Source: Vicugna vicugna
Lineage: Eukaryota
Assembly (NCBI GenBank): GCA_013265495.1
Contig: MU057521.1
Location: 1,438,335-1,502,334, forward strand
DNA length: 64,000 nucleotides
Direction of reading: 5' to 3'
This document shows, piece after piece, positions 1-13,990 of the stretch. The number at the start of each line of letters is the position of its first letter. The stretch's first letter is position 1. A model generated the notes under the pieces. That model was given only the letters and a program-made list of their open reading frames with translations. It searched no databases and was not told the DNA's origin. Position numbers and translations under genes: made by a program.

Positions 1-1149
1 AGGGCTGTTCATCCATATGTTGTAAAACAAGTAAAAGACAAAGAGCACAGTACAAACTTTTTGGAAATGGATTAGCATTTATCAAGATCCTTTCAAATGC
101 CTGTGCTCTTTAACCCAGCAATTCTATGTTTAGAACACTAACCAAAGGAAATAATAAAATGTTATCAAATATATATGCCCCCAAATTACAAAACAACCCT
201 AAACAAGGGACAGTTAATAAAATTATAGAAAATCCAAAAAATGTACTATTAAATGGCCATTTAATATGATGCACATAGCAGTGACATGGGGAGATATAAG
301 GGCTCTTTAACTGGAAAAGCAGAATATAATACTGTAATCTGCAATATCCACTCTACAAATTTATCTACCATCTGTCTACACAGATACATAGGACAAAATC
401 AGAAACAAAGTATACAGGACTCTAAGCAGCAGAGATCTCTGAGGAAAAAAAGAGATGATAGCAATTTAAAAATATACTTTTCTGATTTTTTCAAAGTTTT
501 ATACGATGGCTGTGTACTACTTTAAAAATTAGGGGGAAGTTATAAAAAGAAAAGCACATTGGATTAAGAAACAGGTAAACTAGGTGGTCTAGAGAATGCT
601 TTTTCACAGTTCTCTTCTGGGTCTCCGCATCCCAGGCTGTAAGCAGGGACGTTAGTAACCCTTTCTTGCCCTGGTGGGGAAACCTGAACTGTAATTGATG
701 AATTGCTGGAGGCTCCATGTGGGCAACTTTGAGAGTAAAAGCTCCAGAGGTCCAGTCATAGGGAGCGTCCCCACAGTACTGTGAGTTTTACCTCCAAAAG
801 CTTGATCAGCTCCTACAGTAAATATCAGGGGGAAGTTATGGGGAAGGGAACAAGGAACTATTCTGAAATACACCAGAGTGCTCTGTTCTCAGCAGAGCTT
901 CTGCCTTCACGGAAACCAGTTAACCAGAGCCTGACCAACTGACCTGGGGAAGGGAAATACCCGACTCCAGCACATTCTAGTCATCCTATCCCACTTAAGG
1001 GGGAAGGAACACGCATGAAGCTCGCTGTCCAGAAGCACAGGCTCACTTAAAGGCTCAGACTCAATTGTGGGACTACAGACTATAGCTTCCCCTCCCCCCA
1101 CACCTTGCCATCATATTACTTAAGGTCTGTTTACGTCAGTTCTTTTACC

Positions 1150-2008
1150 CAGTACATCACATCTGGCTATCAAAAATTATAAGGTATGCCAAAAGGCAAA
1201 AACCCAATCTGAGAGACAGAACATATATCAGAACCAGACATGATAGGTATGTTGGGATAATCAGACTGGAAATTTTAAATGATTATGATGAATATGCGAA
1301 AGATTCTGACAAACAAGAACCAGTGGGCAAAGTCCAGAGAGATGGAAATCCTAAGAAAGAACCAAAAAGAAATGCTAGAGAGAGAGAAAAAAAATAACAC
1401 TAACAGAAATGAAGAATGCTTTTGGTGATTTTATTAGTAGACTGGACATGTCTGAGGAAGGAATCTCTGAGCTAGGGGATATATCAATAGAATCCTGTAA
1501 AACTGAAAAGAGAACAAAGACTTAAAAAAAATAAAAAACCCAGGATACTGAAGGGCTATGGGACAACTGCAAAAGGCGTACACAAAATGGGAAATCAGAA
1601 GGAGAAGAAAGAAAGGAATAGAAGAAATATTTGAAACAAGAATGACTAAGAATTTCCTCGAATTAGTGTCTGACACCAAACTACAGATTCAGGAAGCTCA
1701 CAGAACACCAAGCAGGATGAATGCCACCCCCAAACTACACCAAGGCATATCATTTTCAATTGACAGGAAGTCAAAAATTAAGAAAAAAAATCCCAACAAA
1801 AAGCAGAGGGGGGAAAAACACCTTACCCACAGAGGAATAAAAATAAGAATTACATCTAACTTCTCAGGATTCATGCAAGCAAGAAGAAAGTGAAGTGAAA
1901 TATTTAAAGCGTCGAGAGAAAAAAAAAACTACCAACCTAGAATTCTGTAACCTGCAAAATCATGCTTCAAAAGTGAAGGAGAAACAAAGACTTTCTCAGA
2001 CAAACAGA
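1150..2008 (+). mobile_element. L1 ORF1 remnant (old L1M)
   Basis: ORF 1558-1893 (IFETRMTKNFLEL...LQIQEAHRTPSR...IRITSNFS..MQARRK), followed by QPRIL/KTFSDKQ-like decayed codons typical of L1 ORF1p. L1 5' sequence may extend further upstream. Confidence 0.85.
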
Positions 2009-2255
2009 TGATTCTGGGACTCCCACTCAAGGGGAGTGTCCCTGCCTACCCACCATCCTTCAGAATCTCAGCCTCCAAGGATGATTTGAATCCAAGGCCA
2101 CACACCCACGTACACTAACCAAGGCAGGGCAGGGGAGGAGGTTCACCTCATGATTTGAACTGAAAAGCCTGACAGGTTTGGCAACTTACCTGCAGCTTCA
2201 GGAAGGACAGTCTAGGGGCTGCAAGGCAAGTATCAGGGAGAGCCACCTGGATGGG

Positions 2256-2653
2256 TGTTATGCAGTGAATTTTGTTTTCCCAAAATTCACCTGTTGACAT
2301 CCTAACCCCTAGAACCTAAGAATGTGATCTTATTTTGTTAAGACAGGGTCCTGCATTAGGGTGGGCCCCCCATCTGACATGGTTAGTGTTCTTATAGAAG
2401 ACATTTGGAGACAGATCTGCACAGAGGGAGCATGCCACGTGAAGATTAAAGTTATGCAGCCACAAACCGAGGAAGTACCAGAAGCTAAACCAGGGCTAGA
2501 TCACACCCTTCCCTAGAGCCTTCAGAGGGAGCGCTGCCCTGCCGACATCTTGATTTCAGACTTCTGGTCCTAACACTGAGGGAATACACTTCTGTTGTTC
2601 TCTGCCACCTACTTTGTGGTAATTTGTTATGGCAGCCCAAGGAGACCAGTACA
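2256..2653 (+). mobile_element. MaLR solo LTR (MLT1B/C-like)
   Basis: TG...CA ends and characteristic motifs (cccaaaattca, attagggtgggccc, agagccttcagagggagc, ttgatttcagacttctgg, tttgttatggcagccc). Confidence 0.85.
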
Positions 2654-5600
2654 GTGAGCCTGTAGGCGATCGGGCTGGTCAGAGGAAGGCTCAGCCAGCC
2701 CCATGCCCCAGAAAAGGTGCAAAACTGACTCCCTGACTGTCTGAAGCCCCACAGACAGTGGCCCCTGGATCCATCCTAGAGCTGGTGGCCTCTGTTCCAG
2801 AAGGGAACCCACTCCCCTAGTCAACAGGAACAGTTAACAGAAACACACCACACACCCTGCCTTCTGCTGTGGCACAGTTTATTTAACTGGTCCATTTTTA
2901 TCACGCATGACATATCATCATACCAGTGACTCATAAACATAGGATATAAAAGGAGCGTGGTATCTCTTTTAATCCCTTTAATGTAATGTAGTGGGAAAAT
3001 TAATCATTTATTACAGCCAACCATTGAATACCGGAGTGTTCGCTCCTTCTTGAAACTTGGCAGCAGAAGTTTTGTTTCCCACAGTTTTCTGAAATCTTTG
3101 CATCTTTTACACCTTTGGCAAAGGAAACATTAGATAATTCAAAGTTTTCTGGTTCTTTTGTCTGTTTTTTTTTGTTTGTTTGTTGTAAAGTTTCTTCATT
3201 AAGATCCTAAGAAACAAACTGAAATCCAAGAATGCAGGTGAGTTGTCATTCTGCAGATGTCAGCATTTGGGGACTTCACTGCAGTTTGAAAAGAGAATAA
3301 ATTACCCACTAGCTACCCAGAAGGGAAGGCGTGAATCTAATTCATTACTCATATTTAACAATTACTCTATTATCTCTACTGAGGACCTCAAAATATTTTG
3401 CAAAGGGAGTTGAAACTTCACAATGACCCAAGGGATAGACACATTTAGCTAAATTTGCAACCAAGTAGGCCAAAGAACATGCGGAGGCAGGGCCAGTGCA
3501 GCCAGTTGGGCCATCCAGATGGGCCCAGGTTCCTGATCCAGTGCCTTCGCATGCCAGCTTGGCCTAAGCAACCACACCATAGTCGCTCAGGGCAAGTCTA
3601 CCAAGTGTTACTGCCCTGGGAACATGCTCGTTCCCAGGCTCAGCCCCGAGAAGCAGCCCAGCAGATGCCCCTGTCAGCAGCCACCACACCGTCTGCAGGA
3701 GCACAGCCAAGGCGCCATTGTGGTAACAGCCCCTGGCTGCTGAGATTGAAGCCACTGGTGTTACTTGGAAAACTCCTGCTGCTATGATGTGTGAGTCGTC
3801 AGCCCTCCAAGTGAGGACACTGGATCTGCTCCAGGCAAACCTAAAACACCCAAAACTAACAAACCAGCAGCAACAAGGGGAGTTGTTAAAGCTACTGGAA
3901 AAAAAAAGTCCCTGGCCTTGCTGGTGTATTACGGATTCAAATGGCAAAGCACAAGAAAGTTTCCAAAGCATTTTTGATTCAAGGATAAATAGCGGTTCCA
4001 AGAGTCTGTCCCTTCAGGATCTGGGCCTGAGAGAGCTTTCAGTAAAGAGCCTATGTAATATGCCGACGTGGGTTACACAAAGCTAGCAGCTCTTTGGCAG
4101 CTTTCATTGGCCGCCATCTCCCACCTTTTGTCAACAGGGTTTGAAAATTGACGAGAAAGCCCCAGAGCATTGCATTTCCCCTCCATCAACGCGGGGGGCG
4201 CTCTTGCTCACATGCGCCTCCTAAAGATTTCCGCGGAGATGGCGTGTGAAGACTTGTGCTCGCCGCAGGGCTCCTTTGCCTGGTCCCATTGTTCTTCCTG
4301 CCTCCCACTTTGAGATGCCTACTGCTCTGGCGGACACGGCCCCTCCTTGGGGGTTTTGGGTGCGTAATACAATTTCTTCTCTGTTTTGCGTCAGCAGTTT
4401 GTTGGGTATCTGCTGTGTGGCCCAGTCCAAAGCAAAAGGAAAGACTTGGGTAGACTCAGTTCTGGAAAAATGTCTCATGTGGTCCGCTTGTTTCAAATAG
4501 AAGCATCCCTCAGTGTTCAAATCTAATCATTTCCTGAGTTTTGGAAAGTGATAGCAAGAAATCAGATAGCAAGGGGTGCTCTTTCTCCAAACAGCTCTAT
4601 TTTAGAAAATTTTATCTAAATGATTCAGTTCCTTAGTATTGAGGAATAAGGGCATATCAGACAAAGAAGGAATATGCTTCCAGAGGAGCTAGCAGACCAA
4701 CATCCTGACACAATATTAGTTATCTGCCTAAGGCTTTATTTCCAATTTTTAAAAACTTTAATTTGATACAGTCTGTCTCCTAGGAATGGGTTTTAGGTAT
4801 TTTTTTATGCTTTATTGTTTCAAATATGAAAACAAAAATAACAGAAATATTAATTCTTTAAAAGTAATGCAAAACTCCCATGCCCTAACAAACCAACCAT
4901 TTCATTTGCCGTATTTCCCACTAGTCTTTTAAAATGCATTTGTATTTTATACATAATTGCACAACATAGATGGAATTTTATTGTCTTCCCCCCATATTTA
5001 TCTTAAATAATAAGCATAAATCACAAAGTTCCCATTTACCTTAAATCATAAGCATCTATATAAATTTCATGCTTGTATTTACTGATTCATGATATTCAAT
5101 CTAGTAAATATGCTGTAATTTACCTACCATTATTTGCTGCTATAAATATCCACAATAAAGATCTTCATGTGGATATCATCCTTTGGTAGAATATTTCCTT
5201 AGGAAAATTCCTAGGATTAGGATTATTGGTACAAAGTTCCTTTCTTTTATTTTATTTTATTATTTTTGGTAAATTGAAATGTGTTCTGTGTGGAAAATTT
5301 CACAACAGCTTTTGAGGTCATGGGAGGGTGAGGATGTTGCAAAACCAAGGCTGGTGAGCCTAGTGCCTGGCATTGAGTCTGCTCAAGCTATATCACTGGC
5401 AAAGGGACATACCAGACTGACCTTTACACACAAAGGAAGGCTTTAAGAGGCAGACAGAAAGGGAGACTTACATCTAAAACAATACAGACATGGCATACAA
5501 ACGACTAGACTAGAAAAATGATCTTTTGCCTTCATTGATTTTTGTTTTCTGCTGTTGTACAGCGTGTTATGAAAATAGAGTTCCCAGCTTTCATTCATCT

Positions 5601-5744
5601 GTGACTCATCAGAAAATCTTTTCAACTACATTCAGGGCCAGCAGTGGGCCTTACAATAACGGGCACTCAACAATTATTTGTGGACTTGAATAGAAGGGAA
5701 CTGAATTTTTATAATTTTTAAAATTTCCCACTTTTACAGTGGAC

Positions 5745-5850
5745 ACATAGCATCCAGAGCAAGAAATAAACCACTGCTGTTGTAAGTACAGAGACTTGGT
5801 GGGGAGGGTTTGTTACTGCAGCAGAACCTAGACTCTCTGGGCTGATGTAC
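5745..5850 (+). mobile_element. MLT1-type LTR 3' fragment
   Basis: gaaataaaccactgctgttgtaag...tttgttactgcagcagaaccta resembles the MLT1 3' end. Confidence 0.55.
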
Positions 5851-7263
5851 CACATGTCAGGTGCTTTCTTTGGAAAATGGCTAAATGCACAAAGGTACTT
5901 ACTGCAGCATTATTTATAACGGCAAAAGAAAAGAAACTGGGAATTATTAAATAAAGGATGCAATTCCACTCAATTTATTATACAGTCATTAAAATGAATG
6001 TTTACAAAGACCGTGAAATTATGTGGACAATTCTTACAGTGTAAGATTGATTTTAAAAGGAAGACAATTGTGCGTGTGTGTGTCTGTATATATGTGTGTA
6101 TATATATGTATATATAAATGCATGGTTAACATTACATTAAAAATTGTGCATGTGGAAAAGAAATGCAGTACAACAAAATAACATGATAGCTTTAAATCTG
6201 AGAGAACAGAGTTGATTTTCCTCCTTTCTACTTTTCTTAATTTCTTAGTGTTTTTTAAGAGTATGCATCATTCTTGTAATTAACAAAAATGTTTTGCAAA
6301 AGACCACTTTCCTTGGGGACCAGTTTTTTTCTTATCTCTTTTATAGTCATTCATTCAAGAAACATTTATTACTGAGCACTGTCTGTGTGTTTCTTATAGT
6401 TCTGCATGCCAGGACAGTCATGCCCAGTACAAACAGTAATATTCCTGTTCTCCCAGAGCTTACATTCTAATGGACATTTATAAGCAAAATTTTCCATAAT
6501 AATCATTCACTTAAATTATTTTGAGACTTCTTGGAAGAAAAGGGAGGAGAGAGATAGCTAAATGGGAAATTTGACCTTGTTTGTTTTTTTACTAGACTTT
6601 TAAAGATCTGGGTTATTCATTTTCTGTTTTAATTAAAGTCGTCTGCTAACACTTGTTAAAAATCTGCAATCACTCTTAAGAGTTGTGTCTATGTTTGGCA
6701 GTTTTACTCCACGTTAATAATTGCTGTTAAAATACAGAAAGTAAGTCCCAATCAGGATACTGCTAGATATTAACCAGAGTCCTCATCAAGATGCTGATCG
6801 TGATGTGTACTGTAGGTGACAGGTGTACATTTACTGGAATCTGAGTTTCACAGAAAGTTCAGCTTGATTCTCTGAACTCAAAATCAAAGCCAGACTCGTA
6901 AAATAGCAGCAAGACATTGTCCCACTGGTGCAGGAAATGAGGGAGAGATTTCCTCTGTAGCTCTTAGGGCTGTCTTCCTAATGATCTCCAAAGCCGGCAA
7001 GGAAAATTGCTCTGATCAACAAGGTTTTCGCAGAAAAAAGTATGAAAGGCTTAGAAATTAAAAACTAGAAAGAATTAGTGGGGCTCTCAGTCTGGTTTTT
7101 AATAACCTTTATTGTTTTACCAATTATAAAAATAATGTATGTTCTTTGTAGAAAATATGAATAATGTGGAAAATTAAGAAGGATATAAAACTCATCTGTA
7201 ATCCTGGCACAGAAAGATAACCACTGTTATTATTACAGTAAATCTGTATGCAGCCTTCTAGAG

Positions 7264-7465
7264 CAAGGGTTGGCAAGCTTTTTGGCATTGGGCCAGATGG
7301 TAACTCTTTTAGGCTGTACAGGAAACAGCCTCACCTCTGACACAGTAGGAGAGCAGAGGTCTACAACACCTAAATGAACGGGTGTGACTCTGCTCCCAGA
7401 AAACTGCATTTACAAACATGGGCAACAGGCCTGATTTGGTCCCATCCCTAGTTTGCTGACCCCCT
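7264..7465. mobile_element. hAT-Charlie MITE (MER58A-like)
   Basis: TIRs caagggttggcaagc / tttgctgacccc, internal taaatgaacgggtgtgactctg, and a TTCTAGAG-type target on the left. Confidence 0.8.
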
Positions 7466-8619
7466 ATTCCACAGTGTCCAGTCTGGAGTGGAGCGAGCGC
7501 GGTTTACAAATTTGTATTTCCCCTCCTGCCCTTGTCATTTCCATTGCCAGCATCCTAACAGAAGCATCTCATCACCGTTTACCATGTGTCCATCCGTCAA
7601 TAAGTATGTACTGAAATCCTGTGGCTCTGCATTTGCACCTGGGAAGTGGTGTGGAAGCCCAGCGCATCCCTGCGCTCTTAGGGTTCCAGGCAGTAAGGAA
7701 ATCATTGCAAATATGTGAATGATGACAAGTCTGCCCACGAAAGCTGCAGGGTGCTCTGGGAGCGTGTAACGGGGGTCCTGACCCCACCCAAGGTTCAGAG
7801 ACAGCTTCCGTGGAAGGGACAATGAAGCTGAGAGCTGAATGAGGAGCAGGGTTTGCCTGGGCCACATGCTGGGAGAAAAGCCTCAGGGAGAGGGAACAGC
7901 AGCCGTGGCCAGAGGTGGACTGATACAGAGATACCGCAGGGCCAGCGAGGGGAGCAGGCAGGAGCCAGAATGTGCAGGGCTTTCACACCACCTGAAGGGT
8001 TGGGACTTGATCCCAAACGCAGTGGGAATCCACAAAAGGGTTTTAAGTAGGGGAATCATGAGACCAGCCTTATTTCCATGGATGCTGAAATTGGCACCCC
8101 CTCCCCAGACCACCAGAAAATCTCCCTTTCAGTTCTTTTCATGCTTCACTGCAGAATATTCTTTTAAGTATCCTCATCTTGTCATGGCTCTGTGAAGACA
8201 CCTTACCAACACTCCATGGATGTGAAATAAATCCCAGACTCCTTGCTCTGGATTTAGAACCACAGGATCACCTGATACTCCTCCTTCCTCTTGCTTTTCT
8301 TCAAAGTCATTTGCTTTTCCCTGTATGTCTCCCCTACTTCCCCATCTTCATGCTTCGGTGCAAGCTGTTTTCTCCATTTAGAATATCCTTACCTTAATTC
8401 CTAGGGCCACCTCAAAAGCAGCCCACCATGTCCTTGTTCACATATGTGAACATCTGATCACAAGAGCAGAGGTAGCCCTCTCTCTTCAAACTCCCGTAAC
8501 ATGGTACCTTCCCTCTTTCCACACACGTCATTGTATGTTTTGTATTAGAGTCATTTGTGCACGTATCTTACGTCCTTTCCTTGATGCTAGGAGGAGAAAG
8601 GGCCATGTCTCTCTACTAA

Positions 8620-8830
8620 CAATAACAAGAACTGGAGAACGTTAATATATGGCAGGTGATGTGCTATATATTTTACATATATTATTTTATTTCATGTTTA
8701 CAACAACATGGAAGGCTTGAGATAACAGCGCTTATATTTTAGAGATGAACATTGAGTTACTTGGTCAGTGTCATCAAGCAAATAAAAGATGATGCTACAA
8801 TTTGAATCCAGCTGTACCTGACTCCAAAGA
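8620..8830 (-). mobile_element. MIR SINE (decayed)
   Basis: attttagagatga...tttgaatccagctgtacctgactccaaag matches MIR antisense. Confidence 0.6.
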
Positions 8831-8835
8831 CTGTC

Positions 8836-8990
8836 TAAGGTTGCTAGGTCTAGCAAATAAAAATGCAAGATGCCCAGTTAACTCTGAGGTTCAGATAAAC
8901 AATGAATAATTTTGTCATGTATGTCCCAAATCCATTGCTTACTGAACTTCAACTTTAACTGGGCCTCCTATATTTTATATGGCAACCTTA
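8836..8990. mobile_element. MER53 palindromic hAT MITE
   Basis: Ends taaggttgc / gcaacctta, internal cccagttaa / ttaactggg and ttcagataaacaatgaataa, as in MER53. Confidence 0.85.
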
Positions 8991-9499
8991 GTGAACAACT
9001 CAAGGAAAAGTAAGAAAAATCTCGTTATGATGTCCCCTAGCACCAAAGAGGAAAAACAGAACTGGTTAAAAATTGGATTTTTTCAGAAAGATTTAATGTC
9101 CAAAACTTTAAAAATTTAAAGCCTGAAAGAATAACAGATAGGCAATTTGTTACTTATATTTTAATGAAGATAATATTTACAAAAGAATGAAGAAATTTTT
9201 AAACACAGAAATATAGATATGAAATATATATATATATGGAAAATAAAAATTACCTATCATCTTGCCACCCAGAAGCGATCATTGTTAATATATGGGGCAT
9301 TCTCTCATGATTTGTATTTTAGCAGCATTCAATTTGAAATGTTAAAATGGGAACCACCTGAATGCCACTGTGCTTTTTAGGGAAAATGAGTACTTTCAAT
9401 TTACTGGTTTTAATCAGAAAAATAAAGGATATCAAATGATCTGCAAGGAAAGCAGCAGACTTCCTCCCCTGCCCTGCACCTGCCTCATCCGTGAAGACG

Positions 9500-9700
9500 G
9501 TGAAGCGGAGAGGAGCAATGGGGAGCAGTGGCGGGAGAGGAGAGAAAGGAAGAGGGGCAGGGATGGGGAGGCAGGAAGGAAGGGGAGAGCAGGGCATAAG
9601 CAGAGGAACAGGAAGTGGAGAGGGCAGGGCGAAGAGGGAGACAGAGAAGCAGGTAGAGAGTTTAGAGAAGAGAAGAGAAAGAGACAGAAAGACACAGGGG
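9500..9700 (+). repeat. Purine-rich (GA-rich) low-complexity tract
   Basis: Strongly G/A-biased on the + strand. Confidence 0.7.
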
Positions 9701-9884
9701 CTGAGAAGCTTCCATACATTCTGAAGTGAGGGCTTGATTACTTGTCATCTGCTCAGGACAAAAGGAAAATAAAATGGAAACAGATGAAAAGAGATTCAAG
9801 TTAGAAAACAGCTGATTTGGGGAGAACTCAGGTCCTGGGAGCCCAGGTACAGAGGGCTAAAGTGAGGTTTTGTTTGTTCATTTA

Positions 9885-10860
9885 TTTTAATAATTTTTTA
9901 ATGGAAGCCTAGCATATGGAAAAGTGTACAAATCGTAAACTTGATGGATTTCCGCCAAGTAAACACATTAGTGGAACTGCTACCTGGGACAGGAAATAGG
10001 GCATTCTCAGGACTTCCAGATCTCCTAATTCATTCCCTGCCCTCCACCCAGTAATGACCCTTCAAAAAGAAATTACTCTCCTGACTTGTACAGAATGGAT
10101 TAGTTTTGTCTGTGTGTTTTTGAACCTTGTATTTGCATACAGATTAAATGAGATGATACCCTTTATACTTTCCTGGGATCTGGCTTCTTTGGCTCAGTAT
10201 TATGCTTGTGAGATATGCCAGTGTTTCTGTGGAGGCAGTAGTTCATGGCCATTGGCATTACAGTGTTCCTTTGCATGGGTATTACAACAATCCACTTATC
10301 CCTCTTACTGCTGATGGATATTTGGGATTGATTCCAATTTATGGTGATTATGAATAATGCTACTGTGACCATTCTGGAACACGTCCTTTAGTGCACATAT
10401 ATTATCTTAGAACTGTAGTATCTTTCTTCAGTCTGTAAGATCTTCAGCGATGTCCCCTTTTCAGCCCTGATGTTAGTGATTTGTGCATTTCCCTTTTTTC
10501 TTTTTCAGTCTTATTAGGGATTTATTCTGTTTATTAGTCTTGTCAAAGAGCTAACTTTTGACTTTGTTAATTTTTTCTATTGTACGTTTGTTTTGCCTTT
10601 TCTTAATTCATGCTCTTTTCTTTAGTTTTTCTTCCCTTCTACTCTCTTAATTTGCTGTTCTTTTTGAACTTCTTGAGATGGTTAGTTGGGTCATTGATTT
10701 TCAGCCTTTCTTTTTTTTTTCTAATGTTATGCATTTAAGCCTATACATTTCTTTCTAGATACATGTTGAACTACATCTCATAAGTTTTGATTTGCCATAT
10801 TTTTGTTTTCATTCAATTCAAACCTTTTATTCACTTTTATTAAGATTCCTTCTTTTTGTA
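9885..10860 (-). mobile_element. Old L1 fragments (antisense)
   Basis: L1 3'-region motifs (gatggatatttgggattgattccaa) and a T-rich antisense ORF2 block at ~10420-10860. Confidence 0.7.
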
Positions 10861-10949
10861 ATTCTCAAAAATTTTATCTGTGTTGAGGCAGAAGTGCTTA
10901 GGGGCATAGGAGAAATAAGACAGACCATGAGTTAATGATTTTTGATAAT

Positions 10950-12268
10950 TTTGGCAATGCTGAAAAGGAAAAGACTCTCAACAAAGAATTTTACATCTGT
11001 CAAAACTCTTCTTTCATAAGGGAAAGAGAATTAAGATAATACCAGATAAAAACTGAGAAAATGTATTGTTAGTAGACCTGCCTTCCAAGAAATGCTAAAG
11101 AGAGTCTTTAAGGGTGTAATGAAAAGACACTAGAGAGTGCCTCAAAGCCATATGAGAAAACAAAAAATACTAGTAAAGGTAACTACATAGATATTATATT
11201 ATTGTATTTTTAGTTTGTAATGCCTCATTTCTGCATAAGAATAAACATATAGGCCACTAAAATAAAATTGAGACTACAGAAATAAACCGATACATCTGTG
11301 ATCAATTAATTTTTGACAAGGGTGCCAAGACCATTCAATGGGGAAAGAATAGTCTTTGCACCAAATGGTGCTGGGACCACTGGATATTAACCTGAAAAAG
11401 AATAAAATTGGACCTTACTTCACACCATGGAAAAAAATAAAATGAGTCAAAGTACCTAAATGTAAGAACTAAAACTATAAAAATCTTAGAAGAAAACAGA
11501 AACAAATCTTCCTGACCTCAGATTTGTCAATGGATTTTTAGAAATGACACCAAAAGTGCAAGCAACAATTAGACTTCATCAACATTAAAAATTTTGTGCT
11601 CTAAAGGATACCATCAAAAAAATGAAAAGGAATCTGTAGAATGGAAAAAGAAATTTGTAAACAATCATTTGATAAGGATCTAGAATCCAGAATATTTAAA
11701 GAGCTCTAACAACTAAAAGACAAACAACCCAATCTAAAAATGGCCTAAAGACTTGAGTAGACATTTCTCCAAAGAAGAAATTTAAATGGCCAACAGGCCC
11801 ATGAAAAGATGCTCAACATCATTATAAAAATGCAAATCAAAACCACAATGAGATACCACTTCATACCAACTAGGATGGCTATTATAAATAAAACAAAACA
11901 AAAACATAAAATAACAGGTGTTGGTTAGAATACAAGAACAATTGGAATCCTTGTACATTGCTGGTGGAAATGTAAAATGATGCAGCCACTGTGAAAAACA
12001 GTTTGGCAGTGCCTCCAAAATGTAAACATAATTCTCATGGTATCGACTTTTAGGTATACTCAAAAGAACTGAAAACAAGTATTTGTACAAGAATATTCAT
12101 AGCAGCAACATTCACCATAGGCAGTAAGAATCCAAATGTCTGCCAGTGAGTGAACGGTTAAACAAAATGTGGTATAGCTATACTGTGAAATATTATTCAC
12201 CCATAAAAATAGTTTGGTTGCACAAATCTGTGAATGTACAAAACCACTGAATTATACACTTAAAAAAC
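10950..12268 (+). mobile_element. L1 (L1MB-like) ORF1 end plus ORF2 3' portion, internally deleted
   Basis: agacctgccttccaagaaatgctaaag; tttgacaagggtgccaagaccattcaatggggaaag; atgcaaatcaaaaccacaatgagataccac; 3' end aaaaccactgaattatacacttaaaa. Confidence 0.88.
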
Positions 12269-13879
12269 TTCTACTCAGGACCAAAACTGAGGCTCTAAGT
12301 GATTCACTAACCTCCAAGTGATCAGTCTACTGCTTATTTTGTACTAATCTCTGGGAGGATGTGAATAAAAAATGGTAATATAGGAAGAGTGTGTTTTCAC
12401 AGAGAGTAGAATCTTAAAGTACTGAAGCTCTGGGTTAATTTCCTGCATTAAACTGTGAGTCTGAAGTGAGGTTTGGGGTCTCCTGGAATAGCGTCTGCTG
12501 TTCCTAAAAGAAAGGCTCACTAGCTTTGCTTAAAGCCATTGTGATTTGCTTTCAAACCTGTTTGACTTCAGTTAGGGAAGTCTTGCAGTTAACAAGCCTT
12601 ACTGTGAAATATTTATAAACCCTAATATAGCATTTGCACTGCTGTTAAAATATGTTGACAGCGTTGAAGCTGGCTCAGGGCAACCCTGCGTCATAAGAAT
12701 CATGACAGATTTAATACATATAAGGTTTTACTCATCTCACCCTCGAATCTTCCTTCCGCCTTTTAAAGGAAACATCCCTCCCGTGGCATTCTTGTACGCT
12801 CTTCCCTTCCTTACATTCCAAAGCTTCTGCACTTCATCCTGTTTCTGCTCCACCAGCTCAAGATCATTCCAGTGCATCTGACGAGAGCTCAGACTTTTAG
12901 AAAAGCAATTTTGGAATGCCATCTGGGCAAAACCATTAGATGTGTCCAGGCAGACACATTGCAGATTATCTCCAGGAAGGAAGAAAATGGAAGACAGCCT
13001 CAAAACTATTTATACAATTACACTGCAGGCTTTGGCCTGGAAAATAAGAAACTAGGACTTTAAGGTTTTTTTTTTTTATTGTGTTTCTTCTTTCCTGTAT
13101 TTCATGAAGTTTAAATTATAACCATCTGTTTCAGAAGATATAAAAATCCTGAATTCCATCTTCTTCCATATTAACAGGATACTAACCCGTTGGGGGATCT
13201 TACATCAATGGAGGGTCTCAGTAATGACCCTCCTAAAATCACGGCGTAAAACAAGCACTAAGCTACGTCTCATTACCTGTCTACCTCATTTGCCTCTTGA
13301 ATCTGGTGATGAAAGGGGCGTCTGTCTCTGAAATGCATCTCCTAATGAGGATGTTTGCCCGTGTACTGACAGTGACATTGTTTTCTGCTCGTTTAAGGAT
13401 GGTGTTGAGGAGGAGGAGGGTGATAATGATGCTAAAAGCTTTCTTTCCTCCAGTCCTTATTAAAGACCATTCAACTACCCTACTCTTTGGACTTATTCTT
13501 TTGCTCATCTTTACTTCTCAAAATATCTTCAGATCATTCCTGGTGAATTCAAAGGTATTTTGCACTTGGTGATTAATTTAATTTGTTTTCGGTTCATATA
13601 GCCTATAAGACATTGTGGGTGTGAAAAACAGCACTCTGAAATTCACCAACTGCAATGCGTCTGTCCCATTACCCACTCTGCCACCCCTCCCCTCTTAACT
13701 CAGTAGCTAATCCTCAGTGCCTTTCCAATAAGCTGGAGGGGAAACATGGCATTATAGCTGCACAAAATAACCTTTTCTATGGTGTAGAGAATCATTGAGT
13801 TTCTTTCTTTTAGTTAATATGCTAGATGCCAATTTTCTCTCTCCATAGGCTTTCTCCATTTTTTCAGAAACACTTTCTT

Positions 13880-13990
13880 TTCTTTTTCTCATTAATAAAC
13901 CTTTATTGCGCACCCACTGTTTTCTAAGCACCGTGCTGGGTACTGGAGATACTGAGATAAACAAAATCTGGTTTTTATCCCAGAGTAACC
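13880..13990 (-). mobile_element. L2 3' end fragment
   Basis: tttattgcgcacccactg...gcaccgtgctgggtactggagatac matches the L2 tail antisense. Confidence 0.6.

Noticed and set aside
4215..4242. CGCCTCCTAAAGATTTCCGCGGAGA resembling the U5 loop-1/stem region
   Set aside because: Only ~25 nt of similarity, with no Sm site, tail or TSD. It cannot be separated from chance without a search.
9370..9729. 119-aa R/E/G-rich ORF
   Set aside because: Translation of a GA-rich low-complexity tract.
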